Positions 12,780 to 25,459 of a DNA stretch of 64,000 bases are shown here, in pieces. Made by a program: the position numbers and the translations under genes. The notes beneath the pieces are model-generated. The model saw nothing but the letters and a program-made list of their open reading frames with translations, was not told where the DNA came from and made no database searches. How positions within the stretch are numbered: the first letter of the stretch is position 1; each line of letters opens with the position of its first letter. Source of the stretch: Dipteris shenzhenensis (Eukaryota); the NCBI GenBank assembly GCA_047967505.1, contig CM106538.1, one strand, 5' to 3'.

Positions 12780-15125
12780 GCTAGTTGAGCATTAATTTCT
12801 TATTCTCTCCATTTATGCTCAATTTTATGTCTTGCATTCCAAGCATGTCCTTGCACCATTCAAGTTTTCTGCCACCCGATGGCTTGGTGAAAATATCAGC
12901 TACTTGCTGATTTGTGGTGCAAAATGTGCAATCTATCTCCTGTCATGCAAGTTTCTCGTTGGTGAAGTGAAGCTGTGCTTCGATGTGCTTAGTCCTTGCA
13001 TGAAAAACAGGATTTTTTGGCTTTTTTGGCCATACGTATAGCTTGCCTTGCCACAGAAGATAGCGTGGTCATTTGGAGGCGTTCCAATCTGTTTAGATAG
13101 AAGCCTTAACAAGTGCCTTATAAGCTCTCATGCTTATAATGGAAGCCTTAACAAGTGCCTTATAAGCTGCCATGCTTGCTGCCTTGTACCCAGATTCAGT
13201 GGAAGAGAAGTCAAGGTTTTGTTGCTTTTTATTGCTCCAAGTGACTGCACCTGAGCCAAGAAAAAACACGTGTCGTGTTGTTGATCTCCTCTCATCCACT
13301 GAACGAGACCAATTTGCATATGAAAAACTATGGACTGCATAATGGATATCAGGCATGGTAGTAGTCAGATAAATTAAGCTGCCAAAAAGCTGCCTATATA
13401 AAGCGGCATCAGCTTACCGAGTTGTCTGCACTGTCAGCTTGTCACTGCCATTGAAGGGAGTTTTCAGAGGTTTTCAATTCTGCAGATTAAACCTCTTACA
13501 ATATCTCTGATATATTTAATTTGTGAGAGAATATACCTGTCAGAAAGCTACCATATTTCAATACCTAAGCAATAGTGCATCAGTCCCAAATCTGTCATGT
13601 CAAATGACCTGCAAATTCAGCCTAGCTGCTGTAATATATACACCATTGCTGCCATACCATCTACATACAAAATCACAAGCACTAAATTACTTACTTTTCC
13701 AAAATCGTAGAGATTTGGATCATCATAACTTTCCCTGAAACCCCTCTGTAGGAAATGTGCATCTATTAATCTCCTGGGTGCCTGCACACAAGCTGCTCTC
13801 TCCTTTTTTGTACCAAGCCCTCAGGCTTTTGCACATAAACCCCCTCTTCCAGACGACTATGTAAGAATGTTGATTTCACATCCGTATGAAAGATTGGCTA
13901 GGTCTTTTATGGTGCAATAGATGAAACTTTTTTAATGTAATGTGTTTTGCTATAAATGCACAGGCTTCTGAATAATCAATACCTCCAATCCATTTGTAAC
14001 CCTTTGCAATAAGCTTTGCTTTGTATTTCTGTATTGCACCATCACAATCTCTCTTGATCCGGCAAACCAACTTATTACCTATTGACAACTCCCATGTTTG
14101 TTTCTTCTTGATGAGTAATATTCAGACTTCAGGGCATCTATTGCCATTCCAAGCTTTCAAAAGCTTATGTAAACGACACAGACTCTTGTCTGTCCAAGTT
14201 CATCTCTTCCACAAACAATGCATGATGCATCTCATCTGTAAAAGCTACATCTGTAAAAGCTACATTGGAATAACAAGAATCTCTGTCAATGAGCATTTTA
14301 ACTCTTCGAGATCCTCTAGGTCCCTCTGATAATATTTTGGAAGTTTCCTGTGTTCCAGAATCTTTTATCATGTCTATGTGTCATTTTGCAAGCTTCTTTT
14401 CTTGAGTAGCAGGGGTAGGTTCCCTTTCCACCATCTTTTGCTTACCCTTATCCTGTTGTCCTTATGTTCTTCTGGCTTGCCTTTACCCTTGTCAATTTGT
14501 TTGGGCTGGCCGTCTTTCTTGTTCTTCAATATTGAAAGTATTTGGCTGCTGCTGAAGCATCAGATTCATCAAAAGTAACAGCCTTGCTGATGATCTGTTT
14601 CCTAGCTTGGATATGATATAGCCTAATGCTTTATGTTCATCTGCATAATCAACAAAGAAGCATTTGACTGATTTAGCATCCAACTTACTCCTCTTCTCAT
14701 TTGGAACATGAGCAAAAGATTTACATCCAAACGTTTTGAGATGTCTAACTGTTGTTGTTCTTCTGGTGAAAGCTTCCTCAGGAGTCCGCTTTCGTAGGTG
14801 CTCTATTCAGTAAATGCACAGCTGTATTTACAGCTCTTTTTCTACCTCTACCTCTTCAAATAGATGCATTAGTGCCTCTTCCTCTGCCTCTGCCCTTAGC
14901 CCCTGCCTGTACAATTGCAAAAATGTCTGCTATGCAAACAGTCACTCGAAATTCACAATTGTGAACATTGCCAACATTTTCCAATACTTGGTGCTGCTCA
15001 GCATTACCAGAAACCACACGTGTGAATTTTTGCCAGCATCAGATGCCTTTTCAGTCCCAAAGATTGGGTCTAGGATTGTGACGTGGGATGAAACAATTTC
15101 CTACTGTGGTATCAGATAGTTGGCT
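12780..15125 (-). mobile_element. Decayed Ty1/copia internal region (IN tail, RT, RNaseH)
   Basis: KLDAKSVKCFFVDY; KYKAKLIAKGY..GIDYSE; RRSTT..FFLGSGAVTWSNKKQ..SSTESGYKA. Confidence 0.85.
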
Positions 15126-15195
15126 AATTTTTAAAGTTTTCAAGCATACCATCAGAGCTGCTTATACCATCGTTGGAGCCTGCAAAACTCCAGCA

Positions 15196-15900
15196 TGGTA
15201 TCAGAGCATATCGAGTTTTCCCAACACGGAATTCTCTGCATAGAGAGGAGCAGAGCATGCAAAGAGAGCAAGATGGGATGGGAGATGTGGTTATACCAGG
15301 GGGAGATGGAGGGGAGTCCTATCACAACAATCAACTTTGGAAAATTGATTGGTATTCTAGTAAGGAACCCTCCATCAATCTTGAAATCCTTGAAGCACAA
15401 GCAATCTCCACTTTGTGTTTGTGACAAGTATTTGCAGTCTGTTTAGACAGAATCAAGTCAAATACACCGTTTTCTTGGCATATGAGGCTTGGGAAATTTC
15501 AAGGAATCTCTATGAAATCAATAACACAGAGGGGATCATAAGGGTCAAGAACCATTTGTTCACTATGATGATGGAGGGGTAGTCAGCACAAGGCTGACTT
15601 GTCAGTGTGAAGGTTCTTAGGGATCAACTGGTGGCCATTGGTCACAAGGTGACCAGTTACTAGTTGGCCATGCTCGTGGTCAATAAACTTCCAAAGAGCT
15701 GTAGAGGGCTGGTGAGGATCGTCACGGGTGGAGAATGATTGAAGCCAATCAATTTTGATGAGTTGTGCCCCTTGTTGCTCTAGGAAGAGGCTTAGTTAAA
15801 GCTGTACGATGGAGATATTGACAACAAAGTGGCCTTGATGGCCAAGGACAAGCCTAGCAAGGGAAAACCCCAGAAGAAGGAAGAGGCTAAGTATGGATTC
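15196..15900 (+). mobile_element. Ty1/copia relic: PBS plus decayed gag
   Basis: Perfect TGGTATCAGAGC at 15196-15207 preceded by CA; UBN2-like gag remnants (DQLVAIGHKV..VVNKLPKS..FDELCPLLL). Confidence 0.7.
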
Positions 15901-16948
15901 ATGTTTTGATTGAAATATCTTGCTGTCTGTGTGTAGAGTTTATATATGCTCGGTGTGCATACACTGAGCATGATCCAGAGCAAATTGAGATCTCGTGAGT
16001 CTTATATTTTTTTGTTGCGTATATTGTTTTCAGCTTGGTCTAGAAAGCAAGTCCTATTCAATGTTAATCTTGAACATGACAGCACATGCATTGAATGTGT
16101 CCTTAGCTCTGATTAATAAGGAGAAGGATCACTTCAAGGAGAGGGAGAAATAATCAGTTGCATTGAACACAGATTCTAGTGGGGATGTCCGTCCCAGTTC
16201 CCATTATGTATTTTGGAAGTACATGTAATGCTCATGTTCCTCCTATGATTGGCATTGATGCAAAATGTAGGCAAACCAATAGGAGTTTAATTCATTGTCA
16301 TGCTAGTTGCAATGAGTGCACACAACCCTCAAAGTGTGGATATTGAGATGCGTCATAGGGTACTGAAATTAGTTCCCACATCCTAATTGGAAGGCTTGTT
16401 GAAGTTGAAGTGAAGAAATGCTCGAGACTTTGGTTTCAATTTTAAAGAATTTTTTGATCATATCATAGCGCGACTTATTTTGCAGTCATCAAAGCTTATC
16501 GTTGATGTGTAGGCAGACTCTCCAGCTTTGCATGCAACTCTCAATTGCCTTTAATGAGGTTGCAAGCCAAGGTTGTCAGTACTATCAAACTTCTTTGGGC
16601 TGGTATGTTAAGGTGTATCCTAAAACATCATCTTGCTAGGGAGGCCTTACTGTATGGCACAGTCAACATTGATGCTTTTTACCTCCTATCCTGTTTTTAG
16701 GTTGCCAGAAAATTTGGTATAATTTTTACACCAACGAGGTTTTTTCTTCTATGGAATCTTGTCTAATGGATTTGATGTTTTCTTTTCCTCCAAAATGGAT
16801 TATATACATGTTAAAAGTTAACTACAGATGGTAGAAAACCCCAATTTTATGTAACACACGTCGTTAGGGGAGTGCATGATAGGAAATAAAATGTCTTAAT
16901 TTCCTACCTTGTCAAACCTCTTTCCTCTATGGATCTCCAATTCACGAG

Positions 16949-17287
16949 TCCCATGAACATTTTCTTAAGAGGCAAAACATTGTGAATAATTTCTAGTTGA
17001 GCTTATGACAAATTGTTATATCTTATAGTGTATGTTTACAATAAGCACACCTGATTTTTAAATAGTTAGATCAGAATGTTTTCCCATACGGAACACTTAT
17101 GTAAAGAAGGAATTGAGGATCATGTGTGATATCCACTTAAGAATCCCATGAACATTGTCTCAGAGGCAAGATAGTCTGAATAATTTGTAGTTGAGTGTCA
17201 CAAAAGTGCTATATCTTAATGGATGTTTACAATAAGCACACCTGATTTTTGAAATAGGTAGCTCAGAATGTTCGCCCATATGGATCA
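16949..17287. repeat. Diverged direct repeat, two units of about 145 bp spaced about 195 bp apart
   Basis: cccatgaacatt...gtttacaataagcacacctgattttt...cccata occurs twice. Confidence 0.8.
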
Positions 17288-17576
17288 GGTATGAGTGGTG
17301 TGTGATTTGCTGTTGGCGATATGGGTTGAGGCGAGGAAAATGTCATATGAATCAGCCTAGCCTCAAAGTAAAGGTTGTGCACTAGTGGAACTCCGTAGAG
17401 TACTAGCCAAATTGATAGTGATCTGGTGCCAAGGGGCATGGGTGGACGTTATATTTCAATGATTTGGGGTTTCTCAGGTCCCCATATGGTCATTTTCAGG
17501 TTTTGATAGTAGTTAGGCTGAGGTATAATATATGCTCTAAATGTGGTGCAACTTTGTATACCATGTCATCATGTGC

Positions 17577-19590
17577 CAGTGGCAATCAGTCCCTACATCA
17601 GTGGGAATCAATCCCTACATCAGTGGGATTGCCTTTGTCTTACATCATCACTTAGGTCACACACTAGACACATCATAGCACTTGATGTGCCTTTACAACA
17701 CACACAAACACACATGTGACTCCCCTAGATGCATACATGCACCATAGAGCAAGCCCTTGATCATACTTATCCCAACATACCCCCCCTCAAGGGTTTGCCT
17801 TTTGTAGTGTCAAGGATACATCTAGTCTCATAGTTTCTCATGCCATCTCATGGTGGTCAAGGATAAATCTATGGCTAGGATCTCATGCTAGCAAGGGTTC
17901 CCAGGGGTGTGAGGTTCACAGAAATGGGATAGACAAAACACATATCACATGGTCTACATCATATGGTGACCAGAGGTGATTTACAAAAGACATAACACAT
18001 GATATTCTTTTTGGAGTACTACTCTAGACAGAGAACCTCAAAATTTGACCAAGTGATGATAAACAAAAAATTCAAAAGAGAAAGTGCCTAAAAAGCATAG
18101 TCTTCATTTTCTCCATTTGCTGATGGAGTTCTTCCTTCAGCCAGATTTGCTTTGTTGTTGAAGTAGTCCTTCTTCACAAGAAATGCTTGATTCTCTTTGT
18201 TGTTCTTCATGGAATAACACATTCCCTTTTCCAATTATAGGCAAAGGAACAAGATATATTTGAAGCACTTCCCTCCATCAATGTGGTGAATGTATGAGCC
18301 ACTTAATCCCAAAGCTATGATAGCAAGAGCCTTCTTGTCTTTGATCAACCAATTAGCTTTTTCTTTTGTAGACTTCTTTCCATTCACAACATTCCATATC
18401 TTCTTTTTCATAAGCATCAACTTGGCTTTTGTTTGCCAAGTATGGAAACTAGTTCCATCCAACTTTCTTGTTGCTTGGGTTTAGTCATGTTTATAGTTCA
18501 AGTACTCATAAAAGAGAATGACATAGTCATCATTCTAAATGCAAAGTGGAAGGACACTTATGAGCTCCATGACTGAGTTCTAGTACTCAAGTACAATCAA
18601 AGCAATGAAAGTCTGCAGTAAATAATGAAAGCCCCAACCTTAAAGTGATTACTCAACACCTTTTGACCAAAATATGCAGAATTCTGTCAACAGAGAACAT
18701 AGTAGAATGGAGGGTGCAATTCTCTTTTCAAGGGGATTTTTATGCAGGAAGAAAGGCCTTATACTAGAGAAGGGCTACCAGCAAGAAAGGGCAAAATGTT
18801 GCGCCAAGTCGCCCTGTAGATGCTTGAGAAAACCGACTTGTTTTTTGTCTGTTGCGCCTCCATCTCTTGACCAAATGAGCTCAGATTTCAACAGCAGCTT
18901 GCCTTCAGTGTCGTGCAGATCGGGCTCAGAGTAATTTGCAAAAGGATAAGCACAGAGGCGGCATTGCGCGAAAGTTCGTTGAGGAGTCTGAGTGTTGGCG
19001 TTGCGCGTACAGTCGAAATTTCCTTAAATGCTTGCAGTTGGAAGTTCGCCCGTACGTGAGGAGTCTGCAGCTCAAAGGGTTTGAGCAATGGTCGTTTGTA
19101 GGCAGAGAACAGAGCTCTCAAAGATTTGGGAAGAAGGAGGAAAATGGAGAAGATGAAGAAGCTTTGAGAAACTAGTAGTTTATGCTAGAAAAAGCATCTA
19201 ATGCTAGGCTAGGCTAGATCTAGAACCTAAAGCTCTGATACCAAGTGTAGAATCCCGTAGGATAGAATAGATGCATCTTGCAAGAGGTGTGAGAGCACAA
19301 TGAAAGCAATATGTTGTTCTCTATTATGGATTGTGAGAGAGATTATTCTCTCTTATAGAAAGGGGGAGAAGGTAATACCTTCCCTACATAAGTGGCAATC
19401 AGCCCCTACATCAGTGGGAATCAATCCCTACATCAGTCGGATTGCCTTTGTCTTACATCATCACTTAGGTCACACACTAGACACATCATAGCACTTGATG
19501 TGCCTTTACAACACACACAAACACACATGTGACTCCCCTAGATGCACACATGCACCATAGAGCAAGCCCTTGATCATACTTATCCCAACA
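17577..19590 (-). mobile_element. Short non-autonomous copia-derived LTR element (gag fragment only)
   Basis: 5' LTR 19246-19590 (TG..CA); PBS(Met) 19231-19243; gag N-terminus KLDGTSFHTWQTKAKLMLMKKKIWNVV..DKKALAIIAL; PPT TTGAGGGGGGG; partial 3' LTR 17577-17777. Confidence 0.9.
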
Positions 19591-19649
19591 TAAGTGTCTT
19601 ACAGTGGTGAATGTCGTAAAGTTTGCCTGCATAAGAGTGCCAAAGTTTG

Positions 19650-20100
19650 GTGTGGGTGAGAGGAGGGGGGGCTTATTGATGGAGAAACTTCTCTATTTCG
19701 CAAACGAATGTCTGATCCTTCTCGCCAACAAGATGGTGATACTTGCCTATCGTCTCCATGTCAGTCGAAAGATGATGCTTAGTCCTGAATCTGAGTTGAT
19801 GGCGTAATCCCTTACACTCATCATCGTACCAGCTATTGCAAGGGACTGAGTCAAGGGGTGGCGGGCAAGTGGAGCAGGTGGTGTGGGTGAAACTGTGCAA
19901 GTCTTCTCATGAGGAAATGGGTAATTAGAGCGGCTCGATCTTTGAGGAGTGGAATATCCTCGAGATCTATGAGTAGGATAGAAAGACGTGCTGAGTACTC
20001 TAGAGAAGAACACCAAAATGTGGAGTTGTCTTGAAGCAAGAGTTGTGTTACTTTACAAAGGAAATAAAGCTTGATACTATCCCTGGGAGAAAACGAAGGT
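19650..20100 (-). mobile_element. RTEX-like LINE internal fragment (region between EN and RT)
   Basis: PCNSWYDDECKGLRHQL matches SWYDDECKALRRQL of the element near 27600. Confidence 0.65.
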
Positions 20101-20859
20101 GTTTCTCCACACTACTTATAATCGAACAAATCCCCCCACCAGCTTTGCTTGGCCCCTCTACATCGATTAGCTTGAGACCTTCATCGGGGTACTAGGAGGG
20201 CCAGGCTCATCTCTGGCTGACTGCTTGATTCAGATTCTTGTCTATGCAAAGATGTGGTCTTACTCTCCTCTTTAGCTAAGGGCCTCCAAGGACACTTTAA
20301 TGCAATCACCAGCAGAGCCTTTCTATCGAGATTCTCTAATTTATTTGCAGCAGCTTGGTGGAATTGGCTCCTCGGATAGCATACAAAGGACTGCCACAAT
20401 GATACGTCACTACAGATTTTTCCTCCTCCCCATGGGTTCAGATATTTAGTATCCGTATTTGTTTTTGTACTTCTCTTGGGTGCAGATGCCCACGTAGTGA
20501 TCCACCCGTTTAGCACATTGTATCCTGTTTTTTAAAGTCTCGTAGACCTTTGGGTCCTTCGAACACTTTAGTAAGCTTTCTTTCTTTCTCATCCCCAAAC
20601 CCAACGTGTTTGGGTGTGCATGTATACCAAGGTGGGCTTTTTTTGGATTGTCTATGTATTCCAACAGCCCACAAATTTAAATGAATCATTCTCTGCATCT
20701 GGGATTTGGTGTACAACATTTTTGTGGGCACTGAGGTAGAGCTTTGCAACTCTCTTTTGTCAAATTTCTGCATTTTGCTAATATGGGTTCTCTTTCCTAG
20801 AATTTTGTTCAAAAGGGTGGAACAATGTTGGATGGGACCCAACTTTGCATTGTGGTTTG

Positions 20860-22110
20860 TTATGTAGGAACTATTTATTTAAGTAAAGGGTCATGGGATA
20901 TTGTGTCGGGAGATGAACGGACACTAGGAAAGACGATATCATCTTTAGGTGCTTCTCTAACATATTTGGGTACTTCAAATACTCCTATTATTGAGAAGTA
21001 GAAGAAATAGATATAAGGGGAGCACAAGCTTTGTCATTGATTGCATTATCAGTAGAAGGCATGTCCTATGGAATATCAAGAATGCCAAGACATCATAGGA
21101 AGCTTGGGACAAATTGTCACACATTAATGGACAATTAATTGGTTTCCTTCACCTTGCGTAGTCTTTCTCCCTCTTAAGGAGTTTTCTTACAACCGTCAAT
21201 ATCTCACTTAGAGTTGTTATGATCTCATATAGTGAGTTAGTGAGACATTATACACACTTAGATGTGATTTGGGGCATTTGGTTGGACATTATACACACTT
21301 AGGTATATGATTTGGGAACAATGTATGAAGGGTTCCAGGAACAGTATTGAGGGTCGTGAGCATTTTTGCTGGGCCTGGACCACAGGTGTCCTTATATTCC
21401 ATTGATCAAGGAATCCATTGCTTCTATAGCCCATCGTGCTAATGTAACCACCTGCTTCTGGGATTCCACACGAAATTGAGAGGGATGCAAAGAAACGGGC
21501 TGCCAGGCAGTGAGTAGTTTTGTCGTTATCCTATTAGGGCCTCACGGATAGCTAACTGTTTGTAGTGTTTTCAAAGCATAAAAGGGTTTGACTAGACGAG
21601 AAAGGTTGATATATGCCTTGTCCTTCTATCACTGATTGCAAGGCAGCCAATTGGGTTCCTCTATAGGAGACACTTAGTTTTGGCTTGCATAAAGCAAAAG
21701 ACATTGATTTTAAACTTCATGGGTTCACAGAATCTGGGCAGGTGTTTGTGATGATACATGTGATCTCATTGGGGGTTGTACTTGCATTTCATTGCTCACT
21801 AAGAACCAACCCAAATGTTTCTCTCATCAATTGACGCTGATATGGCAGAACACAGCCACGATGCAGAGCCTGTGGTTGAGAAAGTGGATGCAATATGTGT
21901 GTGATTCAGAGCTTTATGCCTTTGCAAAGAGTCTCGTGTTTCATGCTCACATGAAACATATCGAACATCGGTATAAAAAATACGAGAGTGCATTCACGAT
22001 GGTGACATCGATCTCGTATAGTGTCCCTTTGCAAAAAAATGGCCGATATCCTCACTAAGAGTCTTGGTAAGGATAAGGTTTATATCTTCCAAAAAATTTT
22101 GGGTCTTAGA
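20860..22110 (+). mobile_element. Ty1/copia remnants: gag at about 20860-21125, RNaseH end at about 21850-22110
   Basis: KGSWDIVSG..LSLIALSV..IKNAKTS*EAWDKL; VFHAHMKHIEHRY..IRECI..MADILTKSLG. Confidence 0.65.
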
Positions 22111-23511
22111 GATCTTGCAAGAATGCCAAGTGGGTAGTAAAATGACATTTTCACTTGCTCCCCTCATTCTGGTTATTACCATGAGTTGCTAGATCCTGTT
22201 TCAGGACAAACATGTGCAACCATGGTACTTTAGGTGCAACAAGATACTTGCAGGATTTTCATTCTTGACTTCTAGATCCATTCATGACACAATTGTAGCC
22301 TGTATTTAAAGAACTGGTCATGTAGGGTTTCTGGAATTAGGATGGACCTTTGTGGCATCACCAGGAACGTATTCTATGAATTCTGGTAGTAGTTAAGCTG
22401 AGTTATGATATTGCCACGTCATCACATTGTCCAAGCAAGTCAAGGTTAGGGTTAGAAGACAATCTGATATAAGCTGAACTTTTTACTTTCGAGATCAATT
22501 CCAAACTTATTGGAGCACTTCACCTACTTTTTCCGTTTTTGTTCTTTTGCATTTTGTTTGTTCAGTTCTTTCAAATGGCAGATGGGTACTAGACAAAAAC
22601 TTGGAAGAAAGCAATCTAGGCTTGTACAATTGCTTCGCACGGGATGATGATGTTACTATAGAGTGAATCTCCACCCAACAGTCCGTCTGATCATGACACC
22701 TAATAAAAAACCTCCACAATCTGTTTTGTTGTTACATAATCAGATAGGCATGTTCCTATACTCATCCACTATAGGTTTTGTCACCTCTTTCGGGATTCAG
22801 GGTTATCAAAACTGAGAGTAAGTTGTAGTTTCAATTGTCTTAAAGGAATGCCTTTTCATTAAAGCATGGAGAGGATAAGGCTCAATAAACTATGTGGGTT
22901 ACTGGGTATGAAGAACTCCAAGCATCTGGCTTGTCACTTGCCTGAGCAGCATGATCTAACAGTTCACACATAGTAGCTAGTCCTTTGTGATGGAGTTTAT
23001 GGTTTTCAGCCTTGTGACTCTCATGAGATTGAAACTGCAATATGTGTTGTGTCTTTAGGATGAGTTTTGGCATGTTCCTGGTTTCATCTAGATATATGAA
23101 TCTAACAGCTCATGCATGAGTCTGATCTACGGGTGGTAAGGTTGAGTCAAATAATTTTTATAATTTCTTTTTAAGAAAGATGCTTTTTCTTTTTTGGGGT
23201 CTGCGGACTGCTTCAGAATGCAAGGCTGGTCAGGTGAACATTTATCATTCATTGCACGATTATATTTATTTTTTGCTAGCTTCTTCTCTGCAGCATTACA
23301 ATATTCTAAGGCTTTTTTAGCTTAGGCCTTGGTTCTTGCATAGAGAATACAAGGTAAATGTGCACTATGATTTTACAAGCTACAGGAAAATGCCAGTTGT
23401 GATTCTAATCTCAGTCTAGGCCTGGTTCGTCTCTGGAAAGTATGGTTTTATTGGTTCAATTTGAGATGTTGGCCCAAGGCATATATTATATCAGTAACTT
23501 CCGTTTTACAG

Positions 23512-23736
23512 ATTGGAAGCAGATTGACAAGCAAGCGCATTGCAAATTTTATGGAGGAGTGCCAGCTTGCTGCATACATTCTCGTTGAAGAGCATCCGTT
23601 TCGCCATGATCCCTCTCACATGTTGACACACAGGGTGCAAAGTTCTGTGATAAACTTTGCTGCCTTCATAACTTCATGTTGTGCTCCATCTCGATCAGAA
23701 ATTTTTTATGAGAAGCTTCTTCTCCTGTCTAATGTG
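23512..23736 (+). CDS. PHYLLO: PHYLLO exon B (MenD middle domain), phase 0-0
   Basis: tttacag acceptor, gtaatg donor; 225 nt. IGSRLTSKRIANF...HPFRHDPSH...LSNV continues PDVVIQ|IGSRLTSKR in frame. Confidence 0.93.
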
Positions 23737-24754
23737 GTAATGCTCAGGACTAATAACATTTCCATTTAAGGGTTGGATTCGAGCATTTTCATTCACCAAA
23801 TCCCGATTTTGGGCAGCTTCGTCTATCAATGCCAGTTGTTTTTCACTCCATTGTTTGTTTGCCTGCTGCCATTGTGAGCAAGTGCAGTCAGCGATGTGTT
23901 TGTTTCTGGAGCTTGTCCTGATGTTCTATTAGTTTAGGCCCTGTTGGTTCTTTTGGAAGTTCCAGAAAGGTTTGTGGATCATTAAATGGGCACTGAATGC
24001 TTTTATGGTTCGATTCTTCTGAGTTCTCAATATTTTATTTGTCCAGGGTGCTGAAGTCTCTGTATTATGCAGTACCATCAGCTCCTGAAGTTAGACTGGG
24101 GGAATGTTGATCAATGTCTTGTCATTTAATTTCTTACTTGAATATGCAGAGCATACATTTATTTTTACCAGTTGGTTCAATACCTCAAGCATTGTGTTAG
24201 GAGAAATCTAGAAACCAATGAATGTCATCTTAAGCCAAAAGCAGAAAGTCTAATTACAGAAGCTTGCAGTTTAACAAGATGACTGCAGGAGCCAGCCTTT
24301 CTCAAATAGGCAACACATCAATCTGCTTCAAAGGCAAGAAATATTGCAAAGAGGCATCAACTCACTTTGGTCTAAACTGTGTTCACCCTTGTGTAGGATT
24401 CTTGCATACAGCATTTGTTTGCCACGGAAAATTTGTTAGGGTATCAGCGGAAAGCAGACATTTTCTGCTTATCTGCTAATTGTATGGTCATGTAAAACTC
24501 CCTATTTTGTCGTTTTTCATGTTGTGCTTGACCATATAGAGTTGAAACTGTTGGTGACATAACCAGTAATCTGAAGAAATTTTGACACAGAGTCAACACT
24601 CCCAAGAGCTCAAAGAACTAGAAATAATCAGAAATGCAAAGAAAGAAGGCAAAAATACATACATGAAGGATGTGAAAGCTGTCATTATAGCAAAGAGCAA
24701 GGAGAGGGGGCGGTGGCAGGTGGGGGTTGGCAGAGAAGCATAAATAGGGGTCTG

Positions 24755-25200
24755 AGACCCTCAAGATCAAAGTATGGAATGTATGAGGCTGGACTTTGGA
24801 CAAGGTCATAGCACTGGAAGATGAAATATTGGAGGCAGATAGGCTTATAGTTTTGGAATCATGGGAACATGAGGGTAACGAATCTCCAGAATTAAGGGAA
24901 ATAGCAGCAAACGAGGAAAATGTTAGGTTGTCAGCATGCTACTTTGCACCGTCCACAATCACCAATCCACATACACAATCGTCATCTATCCCGGGAAGAT
25001 CCTTTTATGCATTTGGGGGAGAACATGGCCAGGTTTCTACAGAGCATGCAATTATCTTGGCAGGGGACTTCAATGCGAGAACGGGCTTAAGGCAAGGCAT
25101 CATTACAATGGAGGGGAAAGACCCCATATGGATGGAAGAAATAGAAGAGGATGATGAGAGAAGAAAGGGATGGAAAAGAACATGAAGGGATGGCGGGGAA
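24755..25200 (+). mobile_element. LINE APE-endonuclease fragment (RTEX-like)
   Basis: LKIKVWNV*G..IVLESW..ACYFAP..IILAGDFNARTG. Confidence 0.75.
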
Positions 25201-25459
25201 TTGACCCTCCTCTCCCGATGCGGATGGTTTCCTTCATATTTCAAACAAACGGAGGACACGCGTCCAAAACATGTCAAGTATCAAGTGTTATTGACTAGTT
25301 GATCATGAGTCTGTGTGCAAGGCACATACTTGAGTACCTCAAAATTGAGGAGGAGACTCTCAAGTTCCACCATATAACAATGTCTCAAAGCCCGTGGGGG
25401 AAAAAAAGTCATTTAAAAAAAATAGGGAAAACCAAGCTAAGAACGGATTACAAAAAGGC

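Noticed and set aside
15196-15207. tRNA gene
   Set aside because: Only the 12-nt tRNA-iMet primer-binding site is present (also near 2202, 19231 and 30104); there is no cloverleaf.
20181-20842. Overlapping minus-strand ORFs as a gene or integrase
   Set aside because: I recognise no motif; probably an eroded TE, left unassigned.
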